64,000 nucleotides of DNA from Dehalococcoidia bacterium. GTDB lineage: Bacteria; Chloroflexota; Dehalococcoidia; Lucifugimonadales; UBA3495. Below the pieces are notes generated by a model that was not told the DNA's origin, searched no databases, and saw only the letters and a program-made list of their open reading frames with translations. The position numbers and the translations under genes are program-made. This document shows positions 19,796 to 30,294 of the stretch, piece after piece (the stretch's first letter is position 1; every line of letters starts with the position of its first letter). The stretch spans positions 712,029 through 776,028 of the forward strand of contig CBDBDT010000001.1 in assembly GCA_965203975.1 (NCBI GenBank), written 5' to 3'.

Positions 19796-19836
19796 CTAAA
19801 GCGCGACCCTCCCATTTCGGGAGGGTCGCGCTTTAG
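19796..19836 (+). terminator. strong hairpin terminator after leuD
   Basis: ctaaagcgcgaccctccc-atttc-gggagggtcgcgctttag: a perfect 18-bp stem, 23 nt after the leuD stop. Confidence 0.6.
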
Positions 19837-19958
19837 CAACTAGCTCAAAAGTCCCTTCCCCCATCAAGGGGGAAGGTAAGGATGGGGGTGACAAGCAATG
19901 CAATGTCATCTCTGCATTCAGCCACGATCTTCGCCGCCGGTTTTGAGATAGTTTCTTA
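19833..19958. mobile_element. MITE-like repeat, family 1, copy 1 (~125 bp)
   Basis: Shares its ends and core with 61260..61445. Terminal inverted repeats are ~TTAAGAAACTnTCTCAAAA / TTTTGAGATAGTTTCTTAA. Internal hairpin cttccccc-atcaa-gggggaag, plus ggatgggggtgacaag and atgatcttc..gccgg. No ORF. Confidence 0.5.
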
Positions 19959-20068
19959 ACCGACCGCCGGACGGGGGCCGCACCCTCTCCCGTTCCTTTC
20001 CCCGGTGTTATACTCGGCCCAAACTTCCCCGGCCCCAAAATCCCGAACTCCACCAGGAAGGTGCCAAC

Positions 20069-21715
20069 ATGAGGACCATAGACGCCATCGCCGAAATCCT
20101 GAAGCGGGAGGGTGTGGAATACCTTCCCTGCTTCCCCACCACTCCGGTCATAGAATCCGCCGCCGCTGCCGGCATCCGCCCCATCGTCTGCCGCCAGGAA
20201 CGGGTCGGCGTCGGCATCGCCGACGGGTACAGCCGCGTCACCAACGGCCGCAAGCCCGGCGTCTTCGCCATGCAGTACGGGCCCGGTGCCGAGAATGCCT
20301 ACTCCGGCGTCGCCACCGCCTACTCCGACTCAACGCCCATGCTATTGCTCCCTTTGGGACACCCCCGCGCCCGCCAGGGCGTCTTTCCATTGTTCTCCTC
20401 CATGACCAACTACGCCGGCGTCACCAAGTACATCGAGCAGATTAACGCCGCCGACCGCACCACCGACGTTATGCGCCGCGCCTTCGCCGCCCTACACCAG
20501 GGGCGCCCCGGCCCCGTCATGGTCGAAATCCCCGCCGACATCGGATTGGAGGAAGTCAGCGAGGAGTCCTTCTATTGGGGCGGGAGAATCCAGAACACCG
20601 TTTCCCAGGGCAATCCCCGGGACATCGAAGCAGCAGCCCGGGCCCTCTGCGCTGCCCAGTACCCGGTCATCCATGCCGGCCAGGGAGTCCTAGCCGCTGA
20701 AGCCACCGATGACCTCGTCGAATTGGCCGAGCTTCTTTCCGTCCCGGTAATGACCACCCTTCTCGGAAAAAGCGCCTTCCCCGAGGTGCATCCCCTCGCC
20801 CTCGGCAGCGGCTCCGGCGTCATGTCCGGCGCCCTCTACTGCTTCATGCGCCGCGCCGACATCGTCTTCGGTATCGGCGCCAGCTTCACCAAGCACGGCA
20901 TGTCCATGAACCTTCCCCCTGGAAAGACCCTCATCCAAGCCACCAACGACCACCGCGACCTCCACAAGGACTACGAGGTGGACCACGCCATCCTCGGAGA
21001 TGCGAAGCTGGTCTTGCGCCAGATGATCGAAGCCTGCCGCGACATCGTCGGAGACACCCGGCAGAACAACCCCGCCGTCGCCGATGAAATCCGCTCCCAG
21101 CGCGACGCCTGGCTGGCCCAGTGGAACCACAAAATCACCGATGACAGCCGCCCCATCAATCCCTACCGTGTAATCTGGGACTTCATGCACACCGTCCCGC
21201 CCGAGGACGCCATAATCACCCACGACTCCGGTAGCCCCCGCGACCAGATAATGCCCTTCTACCGCACCAACGGCCCCCGCACCTACCTGGGCTGGGGCAA
21301 GTCCCACGGGCTGGGCACCGGCCTCGGTCTCGTCATCGGGGCCAAGCTGGCCGCCCCGGACAAGATGTGCGTCAACTTCATGGGCGACGCAGCCTTCGGC
21401 ATGACCGGCCTCGATTTCGAGACCGCCGTCCGCTCCGGCATCCCCATCACCACCGTCGTTCTGAACAACTCCACCATGGCCGTCGAGACCCACGCCATGG
21501 AAACCTCCCACGATCTCTACAACAGCCGCGACCTCGGCGGCAACTACGCCGACATGGGCCGGGCCATGGGCGGATACGCCGAGCGCATCGAAGACCCCAC
21601 CGAGGTCTCCGCCGCCTTCCGCCGCGCCCGGGAGAAAAACGAAAACGGGGAAGCCGTCCTGTTGGAGTTCATCACCTCGGCGGAAATCGAATACTCCCAC
21701 CGCCGCGCCTTCTAG
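20069..21715 (+). CDS. thiamine pyrophosphate-dependent enzyme (acetolactate synthase-like superfamily)
   Basis: N-terminal TPP pyrimidine-binding domain (RQERVGVGIADGYSRV). C-terminal GDAAFGMTGLDFETAVRSGIPITTVVLNN (GDG-x24-NN type motif). Confidence 0.85.
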   Translation: MRTIDAIAEILKREGVEYLPCFPTTPVIESAAAAGIRPIVCRQERVGVGIADGYSRVTNGRKPGVFAMQYGPGAENAYSGVATAYSDSTPMLLLPLGHPRARQGVFPLFSSMTNYAGVTKYIEQINAADRTTDVMRRAFAALHQGRPGPVMVEIPADIGLEEVSEESFYWGGRIQNTVSQGNPRDIEAAARALCAAQYPVIHAGQGVLAAEATDDLVELAELLSVPVMTTLLGKSAFPEVHPLALGSGSGVMSGALYCFMRRADIVFGIGASFTKHGMSMNLPPGKTLIQATNDHRDLHKDYEVDHAILGDAKLVLRQMIEACRDIVGDTRQNNPAVADEIRSQRDAWLAQWNHKITDDSRPINPYRVIWDFMHTVPPEDAIITHDSGSPRDQIMPFYRTNGPRTYLGWGKSHGLGTGLGLVIGAKLAAPDKMCVNFMGDAAFGMTGLDFETAVRSGIPITTVVLNNSTMAVETHAMETSHDLYNSRDLGGNYADMGRAMGGYAERIEDPTEVSAAFRRAREKNENGEAVLLEFITSAEIEYSHRRAF

Positions 21716-21746
21716 GCCCGGCTAACCGCCCCGTAGGAGGTGCAGC

Positions 21747-22109
21747 ATGGCCCCGCGCTCAAAATACCTGATGATTGCCAGCATGGATATAGACCCGTCC
21801 CGCGAAGACCTGTTCAACGAGGTCTACAACGAGGAGCATTGTCCCCTGCTCTCCCGGGTCCCCGGCGTCATATCCGTCGCCCGCTTCGAGACGGAAAAGC
21901 TGACCATGATCATCGGCGGCCAGCCTCAGACCCTCGTCATCGAGAACCAGCCCAAGCACCACGCCCTCTACGAAATTGAGGACCCGTCGGTCCTCACCAG
22001 CTCGGAGTGGGGCAACGCCGTCGACCAGGGCCGCTGGCCCGACCTAGTCCGCCCCCACACCCGCAACCGCCAGCACCGCCTCCTCCGCCTCACCTATCCG
22101 GAGGCGTAA
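21747..22109 (+). CDS. small hypothetical protein (possibly EthD/dimeric alpha-beta-barrel-like)
   Basis: Strong AGGAGG RBS and 120 aa of balanced composition. The family call is only a weak impression. Confidence 0.55.
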   Translation: MAPRSKYLMIASMDIDPSREDLFNEVYNEEHCPLLSRVPGVISVARFETEKLTMIIGGQPQTLVIENQPKHHALYEIEDPSVLTSSEWGNAVDQGRWPDLVRPHTRNRQHRLLRLTYPEA

Positions 22110-22152
22110 TTCTGGCCGCGGCAATGCTTGGGAAGGTTGGCCGGGTGTAAGC

Positions 22153-23091
22153 TCAGGAACTCCCCGCCAACTCCTGCTCAATCCGCTCCGCCCACGGCTT
22201 CAGCAGCCCATAGATTGTGTCGTTCACCGGCGTCGGAACGCCGACCTCCCGCCCCATCCGGCAGACCGTTCCCGTCAGACCCTCCAGCTCCACCGGACGC
22301 CCTTCTAGGAAATCCTTGGCCAGTGACGCCCGGCCCGTCGCCGGAAAGTTGTCCAGGGCCGTCATCGACCACTCCATCGCGTCATCCTTGATCGGAGCTC
22401 CCCGCGCCCTTCCCACCTCGAACCCCTCCGCGATAGCCCGCTCAATGATGTCTCGGGTTGCTGGAATCGACCGCATTTCCCCAATGGTCGAGTTGCTCGC
22501 CGCGCAGACCCCGGCCGATCCAGCCAGGTAGGCGAACTTCTTCCACAGCATGTCCACCATGTTCTCGTGAAGCTCCACCCGCCAGTTGGCTTCCTCGAAA
22601 ATCGCCAGCAGCCGTTGCGCCCGGTCCGTAATCCCGGGGTGTAGCTCCCCAAAATTCGCCCGGCCCGGACCGCCTTGTGTCACAACGCCCGGCTCGCTGA
22701 TGCGTCCCTCCAGCATCACCGACCCGATCATCACCCGCTCCTCCCCGAAAGCCTCCACCAACTGATCCCCATTGTCGATCCCGTTCTGCAGGGTCATCAC
22801 GATGGTTTCCGGCCCCACCATCGGAGTCATGGCCCGGATTGCCTCCTCGTTGTGGTACATCTTCACCGCCAACAGCACCAGGTCCTGAAACCCTGCTGCC
22901 GAAGTGTCCTCCACGGCGTTCCCGGCGACCGTGAAAGTCCCATCGTTCGTGCTTTCCACTCGCAGCCCGTTGGCCCGGATCGCTTCCAGGTGTGCCCCAC
23001 GCGCCACGAATGTAACATCGTGCCCCGCCCGTGCCAGCAGCCCGCCGAAGTATCCTCCCACGCCCCCGGTGCCCATGACTCCAATTTTCAT
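22153..23091 (-). CDS. panE: 2-dehydropantoate 2-reductase (ketopantoate reductase family)
   Basis: MKIGVMGTGGVGGYFGGLLARAGHDVTFVAR Rossmann N-terminus and a ApbA C-terminal domain. GGAG RBS before ATG 23091. Confidence 0.78.
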   Translation of the reverse strand: MKIGVMGTGGVGGYFGGLLARAGHDVTFVARGAHLEAIRANGLRVESTNDGTFTVAGNAVEDTSAAGFQDLVLLAVKMYHNEEAIRAMTPMVGPETIVMTLQNGIDNGDQLVEAFGEERVMIGSVMLEGRISEPGVVTQGGPGRANFGELHPGITDRAQRLLAIFEEANWRVELHENMVDMLWKKFAYLAGSAGVCAASNSTIGEMRSIPATRDIIERAIAEGFEVGRARGAPIKDDAMEWSMTALDNFPATGRASLAKDFLEGRPVELEGLTGTVCRMGREVGVPTPVNDTIYGLLKPWAERIEQELAGSS

Positions 23092-23204
23092 AACTCCAAC
23101 TCCCAATCCGTATCGGAGAAACCCCCAGGCCCTTTCCATTCTTCGGAGCCTCCGGACAATCCGTTCACAGTGAACCCCACAGGCAAATCCAACCCTTCAA
23201 TTCA

Positions 23205-23234
23205 GGGGGTTTGGGGGATGAATCCCCCAACGTG
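23205..23234 (+). repeat. REP-like 30-nt palindromic repeat, copy 1
   Basis: gggggtttgggggatgaatcccccaacgtg. The core hairpin ttggggga-tgaa-tcccccaa is identical in four intergenic copies. Confidence 0.75.
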
Positions 23235-23301
23235 CCCGGGTGCCCCGGCGGTCTTCTCGCAAGATGAGAAGCTCCTGAGAAGCTCCTGAGAAACCTCCAC
23301 G

Positions 23302-24873
23302 CTAATCTTCAAATCGCTGCGCCTCCGCCCCGTACTGCTCCCGCAAGTCCCTCTTCAACACCTTCCCCATAGCATTGCGCGGCAGCTCGGATACAAACAC
23401 CACCGACTCCGGTCGCTTGAAGCTCGCCAGTCTCTCGTGGCAATACTCGATCAGCTGCCCTTCGGTCAACCCTCCGCCGCCATCGTCTCGACGGACCACC
23501 ACCGCCCTGACCGTTTCCCCCCACTCCAGGTCCGGCACCCCGATCACCGCCGCGTCGTCCACACCCGGATGCGCCATCAACGTCTGTTCTACCTCTTCTG
23601 GAGAAATCATCTCCCCGCCCCGCTTGATGAAGTCCCGCGCCCGCCCGGAAAGGTAGATGTACCCGTCCTCGTCCCGGTAACCCAGGTCTCCCGTGTACAC
23701 CCACCCGGACCGGATCGTATCTCCGGAGGCCGACTCCTGCTGCCAGTACCCCTTCATCATCCGGGGGCCTCGCGCCACGATCTCGCCGACCTCGCCCACA
23801 CCTGTCGTTTCCCCTTCCTCGGATACAATCCTGACCTCCACGTCCTCAAGGGGCAGCCCAATCGAGGTCAACCGCCTCAGCTTCGTCTCGATCTCTTCCG
23901 GGCTACCTTCCAGAACATGGTCGTCCGGCGGCAGCATCGTGATCGTCGACGCCGTCTCCGTCTGTCCGAAAGCGTTCACGAACCGCGCGTTTGGAAACTC
24001 TCGGATTGCTTGCCGGATTACCGGCATCGGCATCGGCGCCGCCCCGTAGGTAATAACATCCAGCGACGACAGGTCGAACTCACCAAAGCGCGGATAGTCC
24101 ATCAACCGCTTCAACATCGTCGGCACCAGCATCGCCCGGTTCGCCTGCCGTTCCTGCACCAAGGTCAGCCACTCCACTGGCTCGAACTGCCGCATCACCA
24201 CCAGCGTCCGCCCTCCGTAAACCGCCGCCATCGCCGCCTGCAGCCCTGCGATGTGGTAGAACGGCACCGTCAGCAGGTTCGTCTCCTCCACGTCCGGGTC
24301 CGCCGGCTCCACGTTGGACAGCAGGTAACCGGAAAAGCTCTCGTGGGTCAGCATCACCCCCTTCGGAACACCCGTAGTCCCGGCGGTGAACATAATCACC
24401 GTCGTATCCTCGTCATCCCCCTCCGGGAACAATATCTGCTCCGGCTCGCCCCTTTCCAGCAAGTCCTCGTAGTCCTGCACCCCGTCCGCCGCGCCGTCAA
24501 GAAGCACAACCGGCGGCGCGGCATCCCCCGCCTGGCTTACCAGAGACAGGTAACGCTCCCCGCAGAACAGGATGCTTGGCTCGGCGATGGCCAGCATCTG
24601 CTCCAACTCCTCGGCCTTGGCCCGGAAATTCAACGGAACATAGATCGCGTCCAGCTGCGCCGCCGCAAAGTAGATCTCGACGCATTGGTTGCAGTTCACC
24701 TGCATCGTCGCCAGACGGTCCCCGCTCCCAACCCCCTGCCCGGCCAGCGCGGACGCCACCCGGTTCACCCGCTCCTGCAACTCAGCAAAGGAAAACTCCC
24801 GTCCGTCGAAAACTACCGCCGCCCGGTCCGGCACGATGGAGCTGGCAATCATCAAGAATTCCGAGGTGTTCAT
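23302..24873 (-). CDS. AMP-dependent acyl-CoA synthetase/ligase
   Basis: MFTAGTTGVPKGV (AMP-binding P-loop), YGAAPM, GWVYTGDLGYRDEDGYIYLSGR, FVSELPRNAMGKVLKRDL. Confidence 0.9.
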   Translation of the reverse strand: MNTSEFLMIASSIVPDRAAVVFDGREFSFAELQERVNRVASALAGQGVGSGDRLATMQVNCNQCVEIYFAAAQLDAIYVPLNFRAKAEELEQMLAIAEPSILFCGERYLSLVSQAGDAAPPVVLLDGAADGVQDYEDLLERGEPEQILFPEGDDEDTTVIMFTAGTTGVPKGVMLTHESFSGYLLSNVEPADPDVEETNLLTVPFYHIAGLQAAMAAVYGGRTLVVMRQFEPVEWLTLVQERQANRAMLVPTMLKRLMDYPRFGEFDLSSLDVITYGAAPMPMPVIRQAIREFPNARFVNAFGQTETASTITMLPPDDHVLEGSPEEIETKLRRLTSIGLPLEDVEVRIVSEEGETTGVGEVGEIVARGPRMMKGYWQQESASGDTIRSGWVYTGDLGYRDEDGYIYLSGRARDFIKRGGEMISPEEVEQTLMAHPGVDDAAVIGVPDLEWGETVRAVVVRRDDGGGGLTEGQLIEYCHERLASFKRPESVVFVSELPRNAMGKVLKRDLREQYGAEAQRFED

Positions 24874-24915
24874 CCGTCATTACTCACAATCTTGGATAAA
24901 GCCTTGCGCGTCCCG

Positions 24916-25647
24916 TCACGAAGACGGTGAATCGCCAATCTGCGACGCGGCCAGCCGGTTTTCCAGAGCGAGCCCTTGGCGTATCGACAAGTCGGCGCCG
25001 CGTTTGACCGCTGACCGGAGAGCTGCCACCCGCCTTCCGCCACCTTCTGCTAACTCAGCGGCCGCTGCCATCGCCTCGGCCAACAACAGGTCTGGACTGG
25101 TCACCCTCGTAACCAACTTCAACCGGATGGCCTCCGCCGCATCAAACCGCCTCCCCGTATACAGGAGGTCTAACGCAGCACTTTCGCCGCACGCTCTCAC
25201 TAGCGTCTGGGTACCGCCCGCCGCCGGAATCATCCCTAGCCGCACCTCCGGCATCGCGAACACCGTACCTTCCGCCGCCAGCCTCAAATCGCTAAGTAGT
25301 GCCATCTCCAGCCCCGACCCGATGCAATACCCATGAACGGCTGTCACCACCGGCTTGATCAGACTCCACCACCGTCCCCACACATCCCGTTCCCAGCGCA
25401 CCTCGCGTGCCTCCACCGGCGAAGGCGCGGACCCGAACTCCGTCAAATCCGCCCCCGCGCAAAACGCGCGCCCTTCCCCGGTAACCAGCAGCGCCCCTAC
25501 GTCTGGATCGTCCTCCACCGCCGCCAAAGCCTCCCAGACATCGTCCCGCATCTGAACGTTGAAAGCGTTCAACACTTCAGGCCGGTTCAGGGAGATGCAA
25601 GCCACCCGGCCTTGCTTGGAGTATTTCAGCGTGTCAAACCCGGCCAC
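24916..25647 (-). CDS. enoyl-CoA hydratase/isomerase (crotonase) family protein
   Basis: ISLNRPEVLNAF, GEGRAFCAGADLTEF, VHGYCIGSGLEMALLSDLR. Confidence 0.85.
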   Translation of the reverse strand: MAGFDTLKYSKQGRVACISLNRPEVLNAFNVQMRDDVWEALAAVEDDPDVGALLVTGEGRAFCAGADLTEFGSAPSPVEAREVRWERDVWGRWWSLIKPVVTAVHGYCIGSGLEMALLSDLRLAAEGTVFAMPEVRLGMIPAAGGTQTLVRACGESAALDLLYTGRRFDAAEAIRLKLVTRVTSPDLLLAEAMAAAAELAEGGGRRVAALRSAVKRGADLSIRQGLALENRLAASQIGDSPSS

Positions 25648-25779
25648 TTCCCTACGTCCAATCCCGTTGCCGAAGCGCCGTCTTCGTCCTTAACGACAAC
25701 TCCACGCCAACGCGAAGATGATGGTCATTACCTTAACTGGTATGCAGGTAGATACCGGGCCTTGTAGTCATCCCATAGA

Positions 25780-26535
25780 CTATGCATCAAGAGGTTTCCT
25801 TACCATGATGATATGCTCGTCCTCTACCACTCTATGATCCATCTTCTTGTGATATGCCGACCGGGTGCCCGGCGGCATCCATCTGAACCAATTCTGATAC
25901 TCAAACCCTCCCAGTTGCATTAGCTTTTGCATGGACTGCATACCCAACTGATGGAGTTCCCCTGAGTAGAAGTCCTTGATGATGACGGCTAGGCATCCAC
26001 CGGGCTTTAGAGATTGGTAACAGAGGCGGTATATCTCCCCCATTTTCAGGTTAAACTTAAACGGGTTCAACCGTCCCAAGTTCCCTTCCTTGCCCTGAGG
26101 TGTTGATGGTTTGGGCGGTGAGAAGATGATGGCCTGGCTCCCAGGTAGAGGCAGTATCTTCGTACAGTCGCCGACTATTACCGTAGCCTGCACCCCCATC
26201 TTTTCAGCAGATTGCCTAATGAAGTTGGCATAGTGCTCCTGCAACTCGATGGCGACAACGTTCCGGCCCAGCTTAGCTCCGAGGAGGATGCTACCGGAGC
26301 CAGCCATGATGTCCATGATAATGTCCCCAGGCTCCGACAGAGACTTGATGCACTCCTCGACTAGGTAGAGGTTTGTCTTCTGGGCTTTCACACCTTGGAC
26401 AAAGTTGGCCTTGCGGTAGCTGACATCCGAGGGGAATTTGAGGAGTTGGCGCTTGGCCCCACGAAAATCCGTATGTTCCACCCACTCGTAGCCATCTGCA
26501 AATTCACGGTTGAATGGTGTATTGCTCATGGTCAT
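25780..26535 (-). CDS. SAM-dependent methyltransferase with an amino-MTase-like motif order (motif I then S-P-P-K)
   Basis: DIMAGSGSILLGAKLGRNVVAIE (motif I plus the acidic loop), QAIIFSPPKP at the (D/N/S)PP(Y/F) position, then YQSLKPGGCLAVII. Local GC is about 48% against about 65% in the flanks. Confidence 0.7.
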   Translation of the reverse strand: MTMSNTPFNREFADGYEWVEHTDFRGAKRQLLKFPSDVSYRKANFVQGVKAQKTNLYLVEECIKSLSEPGDIIMDIMAGSGSILLGAKLGRNVVAIELQEHYANFIRQSAEKMGVQATVIVGDCTKILPLPGSQAIIFSPPKPSTPQGKEGNLGRLNPFKFNLKMGEIYRLCYQSLKPGGCLAVIIKDFYSGELHQLGMQSMQKLMQLGGFEYQNWFRWMPPGTRSAYHKKMDHRVVEDEHIIMVRKPLDA

Positions 26536-26553
26536 GGGCTCGTCAACGCCCGG

Positions 26554-27096
26554 TCAGTCCAGAGGCATCGCCCGCCGGTACAATTCCTCCAGTTCCACCT
26601 CCGTGTACCGCAGACCTATGTTCTCCAAGTTGTGGGCGTCGCTTACCTCAAACGTCATCAGGCCGTAGTCCGCCGCCACCTTGGCCACCTGTGGCTTGCG
26701 GATGTGCCAGTTGTGGATGTAATTGTCGATTTCGATGCCGTGGACGTTTTCTTCGATGATGATGTTCGGGGTGTAATAACCGGGATGGCAGTAAATTCGG
26801 AACATTCCGCCTTCGGGGAGGAACAGTTCCGTCACCTGGTACTCGTCAAAGGGACTAAGCACTGGCCGGATTTCTATTTCCCAACCAGGGATAATGATTG
26901 CCTCCCCGGGAAAGTGCTTCTCGACCAGCGCCCTGAACTCGAACGCCCAGTCCTTGTTGTGGTGGTCGGTGATCGCGATCCCGTCAATCCCCTTCGACTT
27001 GATTTGCCCAATCACCTTCTCGGCGATCTCCAGGGAGGGCGGCTGGAAATTGAAAGCCTCCCAGACGTGAGTATGTAAATCTAGTTTCAATTTCAT
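26554..27096 (-). CDS. PHP-domain metal-dependent phosphoesterase (short, 180 aa)
   Basis: The four PHP motifs are present: DLHTHV, IAITDHH, CHPG, VSDAH. It lies 18 nt upstream of the methyltransferase on the same strand, in the low-GC islet. Confidence 0.7.
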   Translation of the reverse strand: MKLKLDLHTHVWEAFNFQPPSLEIAEKVIGQIKSKGIDGIAITDHHNKDWAFEFRALVEKHFPGEAIIIPGWEIEIRPVLSPFDEYQVTELFLPEGGMFRIYCHPGYYTPNIIIEENVHGIEIDNYIHNWHIRKPQVAKVAADYGLMTFEVSDAHNLENIGLRYTEVELEELYRRAMPLD

Positions 27097-27172
27097 TCAA
27101 ATTACTTCCATCGGCTGATGATGTTTGGGGTATGCCCATCTTGGTTGTACCGTGCCCTGTCGCGCATTCCAG

Positions 27173-27946
27173 TCACCGGCCCCGGTACTCCGGAGTCCGA
27201 CGCTCCAGAAACGACGCCAACCCCTCCGCCCTGTCTTCCGTGGTCTGTAGCAGAAAGTTCAGGTCCGCTTCCAATCTCAGGCCCTGGTCCAGGACAAGCT
27301 CCCGCCCATCCTTGACTGCTTCCTTGGCGAAACGTGCCGCCACCGGAGCACCTTCCGCAATATCCCCGGCCACTTTTCTGGTGGCTTTCCCCACATCCGC
27401 CGCCGCTGCCATCCTGTTCACCAGCCCCATCTGCAACGCCTCGGATGCTGATACCGTCCGGCCCGTCAGCAGCATGTCCAGCGCCATCGCCGGACCAACA
27501 ACTCGGGGCAGCCGCTGCGTCCCGCCGTCGAATGGGAACCCCGAGGCAGGAGTCCTGTCCGGAAACCCCAGGCGCGCGTTATCCGAACAAATCCGCAGGT
27601 CTGCCGCCAAGGCCAGTTCCAGGCCGTGATCCAGGGCGTCCCCGTTTAATCCCGCGATCACCGGCATCGGCAGAGCCGCTAGCGACTCTGCGACCCGCAT
27701 CCAGCCCAACCAGGACTCCACGTCCACTGCCTCAATGCCTCTGGAATCCTCAGGAAACGATGACCTCCCCACGGAGAACGACGGACCGTTCCCGGTCACC
27801 ACAACAACCCTGATCCCGTAATCCTCTCGGACCTTTCGGCACCCATCGCGGAACTCTTCTGCCAGTTCCCCGCTGACGCGGTTGCCCGTTGCCGGACTGT
27901 CCAGCGTGATGGTCGCGATTCCTCCCGAGGTCTCGTATCCAATCAA
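27173..27946 (-). CDS. enoyl-CoA hydratase/isomerase (crotonase) family protein
   Basis: ITLDSPATGNRV, VVVTGNGPSFSVG, INGDALDHGLELALAADLR. Confidence 0.85.
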   Translation of the reverse strand: MIGYETSGGIATITLDSPATGNRVSGELAEEFRDGCRKVREDYGIRVVVVTGNGPSFSVGRSSFPEDSRGIEAVDVESWLGWMRVAESLAALPMPVIAGLNGDALDHGLELALAADLRICSDNARLGFPDRTPASGFPFDGGTQRLPRVVGPAMALDMLLTGRTVSASEALQMGLVNRMAAAADVGKATRKVAGDIAEGAPVAARFAKEAVKDGRELVLDQGLRLEADLNFLLQTTEDRAEGLASFLERRTPEYRGR

Positions 27947-28055
27947 ACCGCGCTTCCCGGCTATGCCCTCCCGCCCAACTGCACCAGAGAATCAGCGTCG
28001 GGTTGAGGGTCAGTTTCCCTAGAAACCGGCTCAATGTTACGTTGACAACCTGTTC

Positions 28056-28084
28056 TTGACAAGTATTGGTGCCTTTATTACGAT
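28056..28084 (+). promoter_or_regulatory. sigma-70-like promoter candidate for groES-groEL
   Basis: TTGACA (28056) - 17 nt - TACGAT (28079), about 80 nt upstream of groES. A second TTGACA lies at 28042. Confidence 0.4.
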
Positions 28085-28164
28085 AGTTTGTCGTACACCG
28101 TGTCTGAACAGCGGCACGTGTAACCGCAAAAAGCAATGCAAGCATTTCTGGAAAGGAGGATCAG

Positions 28165-28464
28165 GTGGTAACCAAGGTTAATATCCAGCCCCTGGGCGAG
28201 CGCATCGTCATCAAGCCCATCGAACAAGAGCAGACGACTAAGGGCGGCATTTACCTGCCCGACACTGCCAAGGAGAAGCCTCAGGAAGGCGAAATCGTCG
28301 CCGCCGGACCGGGCCGGATGACTGACGACGGCACCCGCATCGCCATGGAACTGTCCGTCGGCGACAAGGTCATTTACTCCAAGTACGCCGGAACGGAATA
28401 CAAGGATGGCGACGACGAGTACCTCATCCTGCGCGAAAGCGACGTCCTGGCCAAGATTTCGTAA
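28165..28464 (+). CDS. groES: co-chaperonin GroES
   Basis: GTG start after [53 protein letters not shown]. Confidence 0.95.
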   Translation: MVTKVNIQPLGERIVIKPIEQEQTTKGGIYLPDTAKEKPQEGEIVAAGPGRMTDDGTRIAMELSVGDKVIYSKYAGTEYKDGDDEYLILRESDVLAKIS

Positions 28465-28497
28465 CCGAAACCAGCATCTCAAGCATTAGGAGGATAG

Positions 28498-30120
<1,623 letters not shown>

Positions 30121-30151
30121 CCCACCGGAAACCGTTCCAACCGGAACAACC

Positions 30152-30188
30152 AGCGGCCGCCCTTGGATGGGGCGGCCGCTTCTCTTTG
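30152..30188 (+). terminator. intrinsic terminator after groEL
   Basis: agcggccgccc-ttggatg-gggcggccgct (11-bp stem) followed by the T-rich tctctttg. Confidence 0.65.
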
Positions 30189-30294
30189 CGCTGATCGCCG
30201 TGCTTGTCCCCTCCTCAAAGGTGTCTTCGGACAAAGAGTATCTTCAACTCCCCCGGCATTGCTGGTAGAATCTCGCCGGAGGAGGGATTCTGCT

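Noticed and set aside
26395-27078. 227-aa plus-strand ORF inside the low-GC islet
   Set aside because: It is antisense to the PHP and MTase genes, which carry clear catalytic motifs, and has no motifs of its own.
27947-28164. CIRCE (TTAGCACTC-N9-GAGTGCTAA) or HAIR operator upstream of groES
   Set aside because: No match to either inverted repeat. Only a sigma-70-like promoter candidate is visible.
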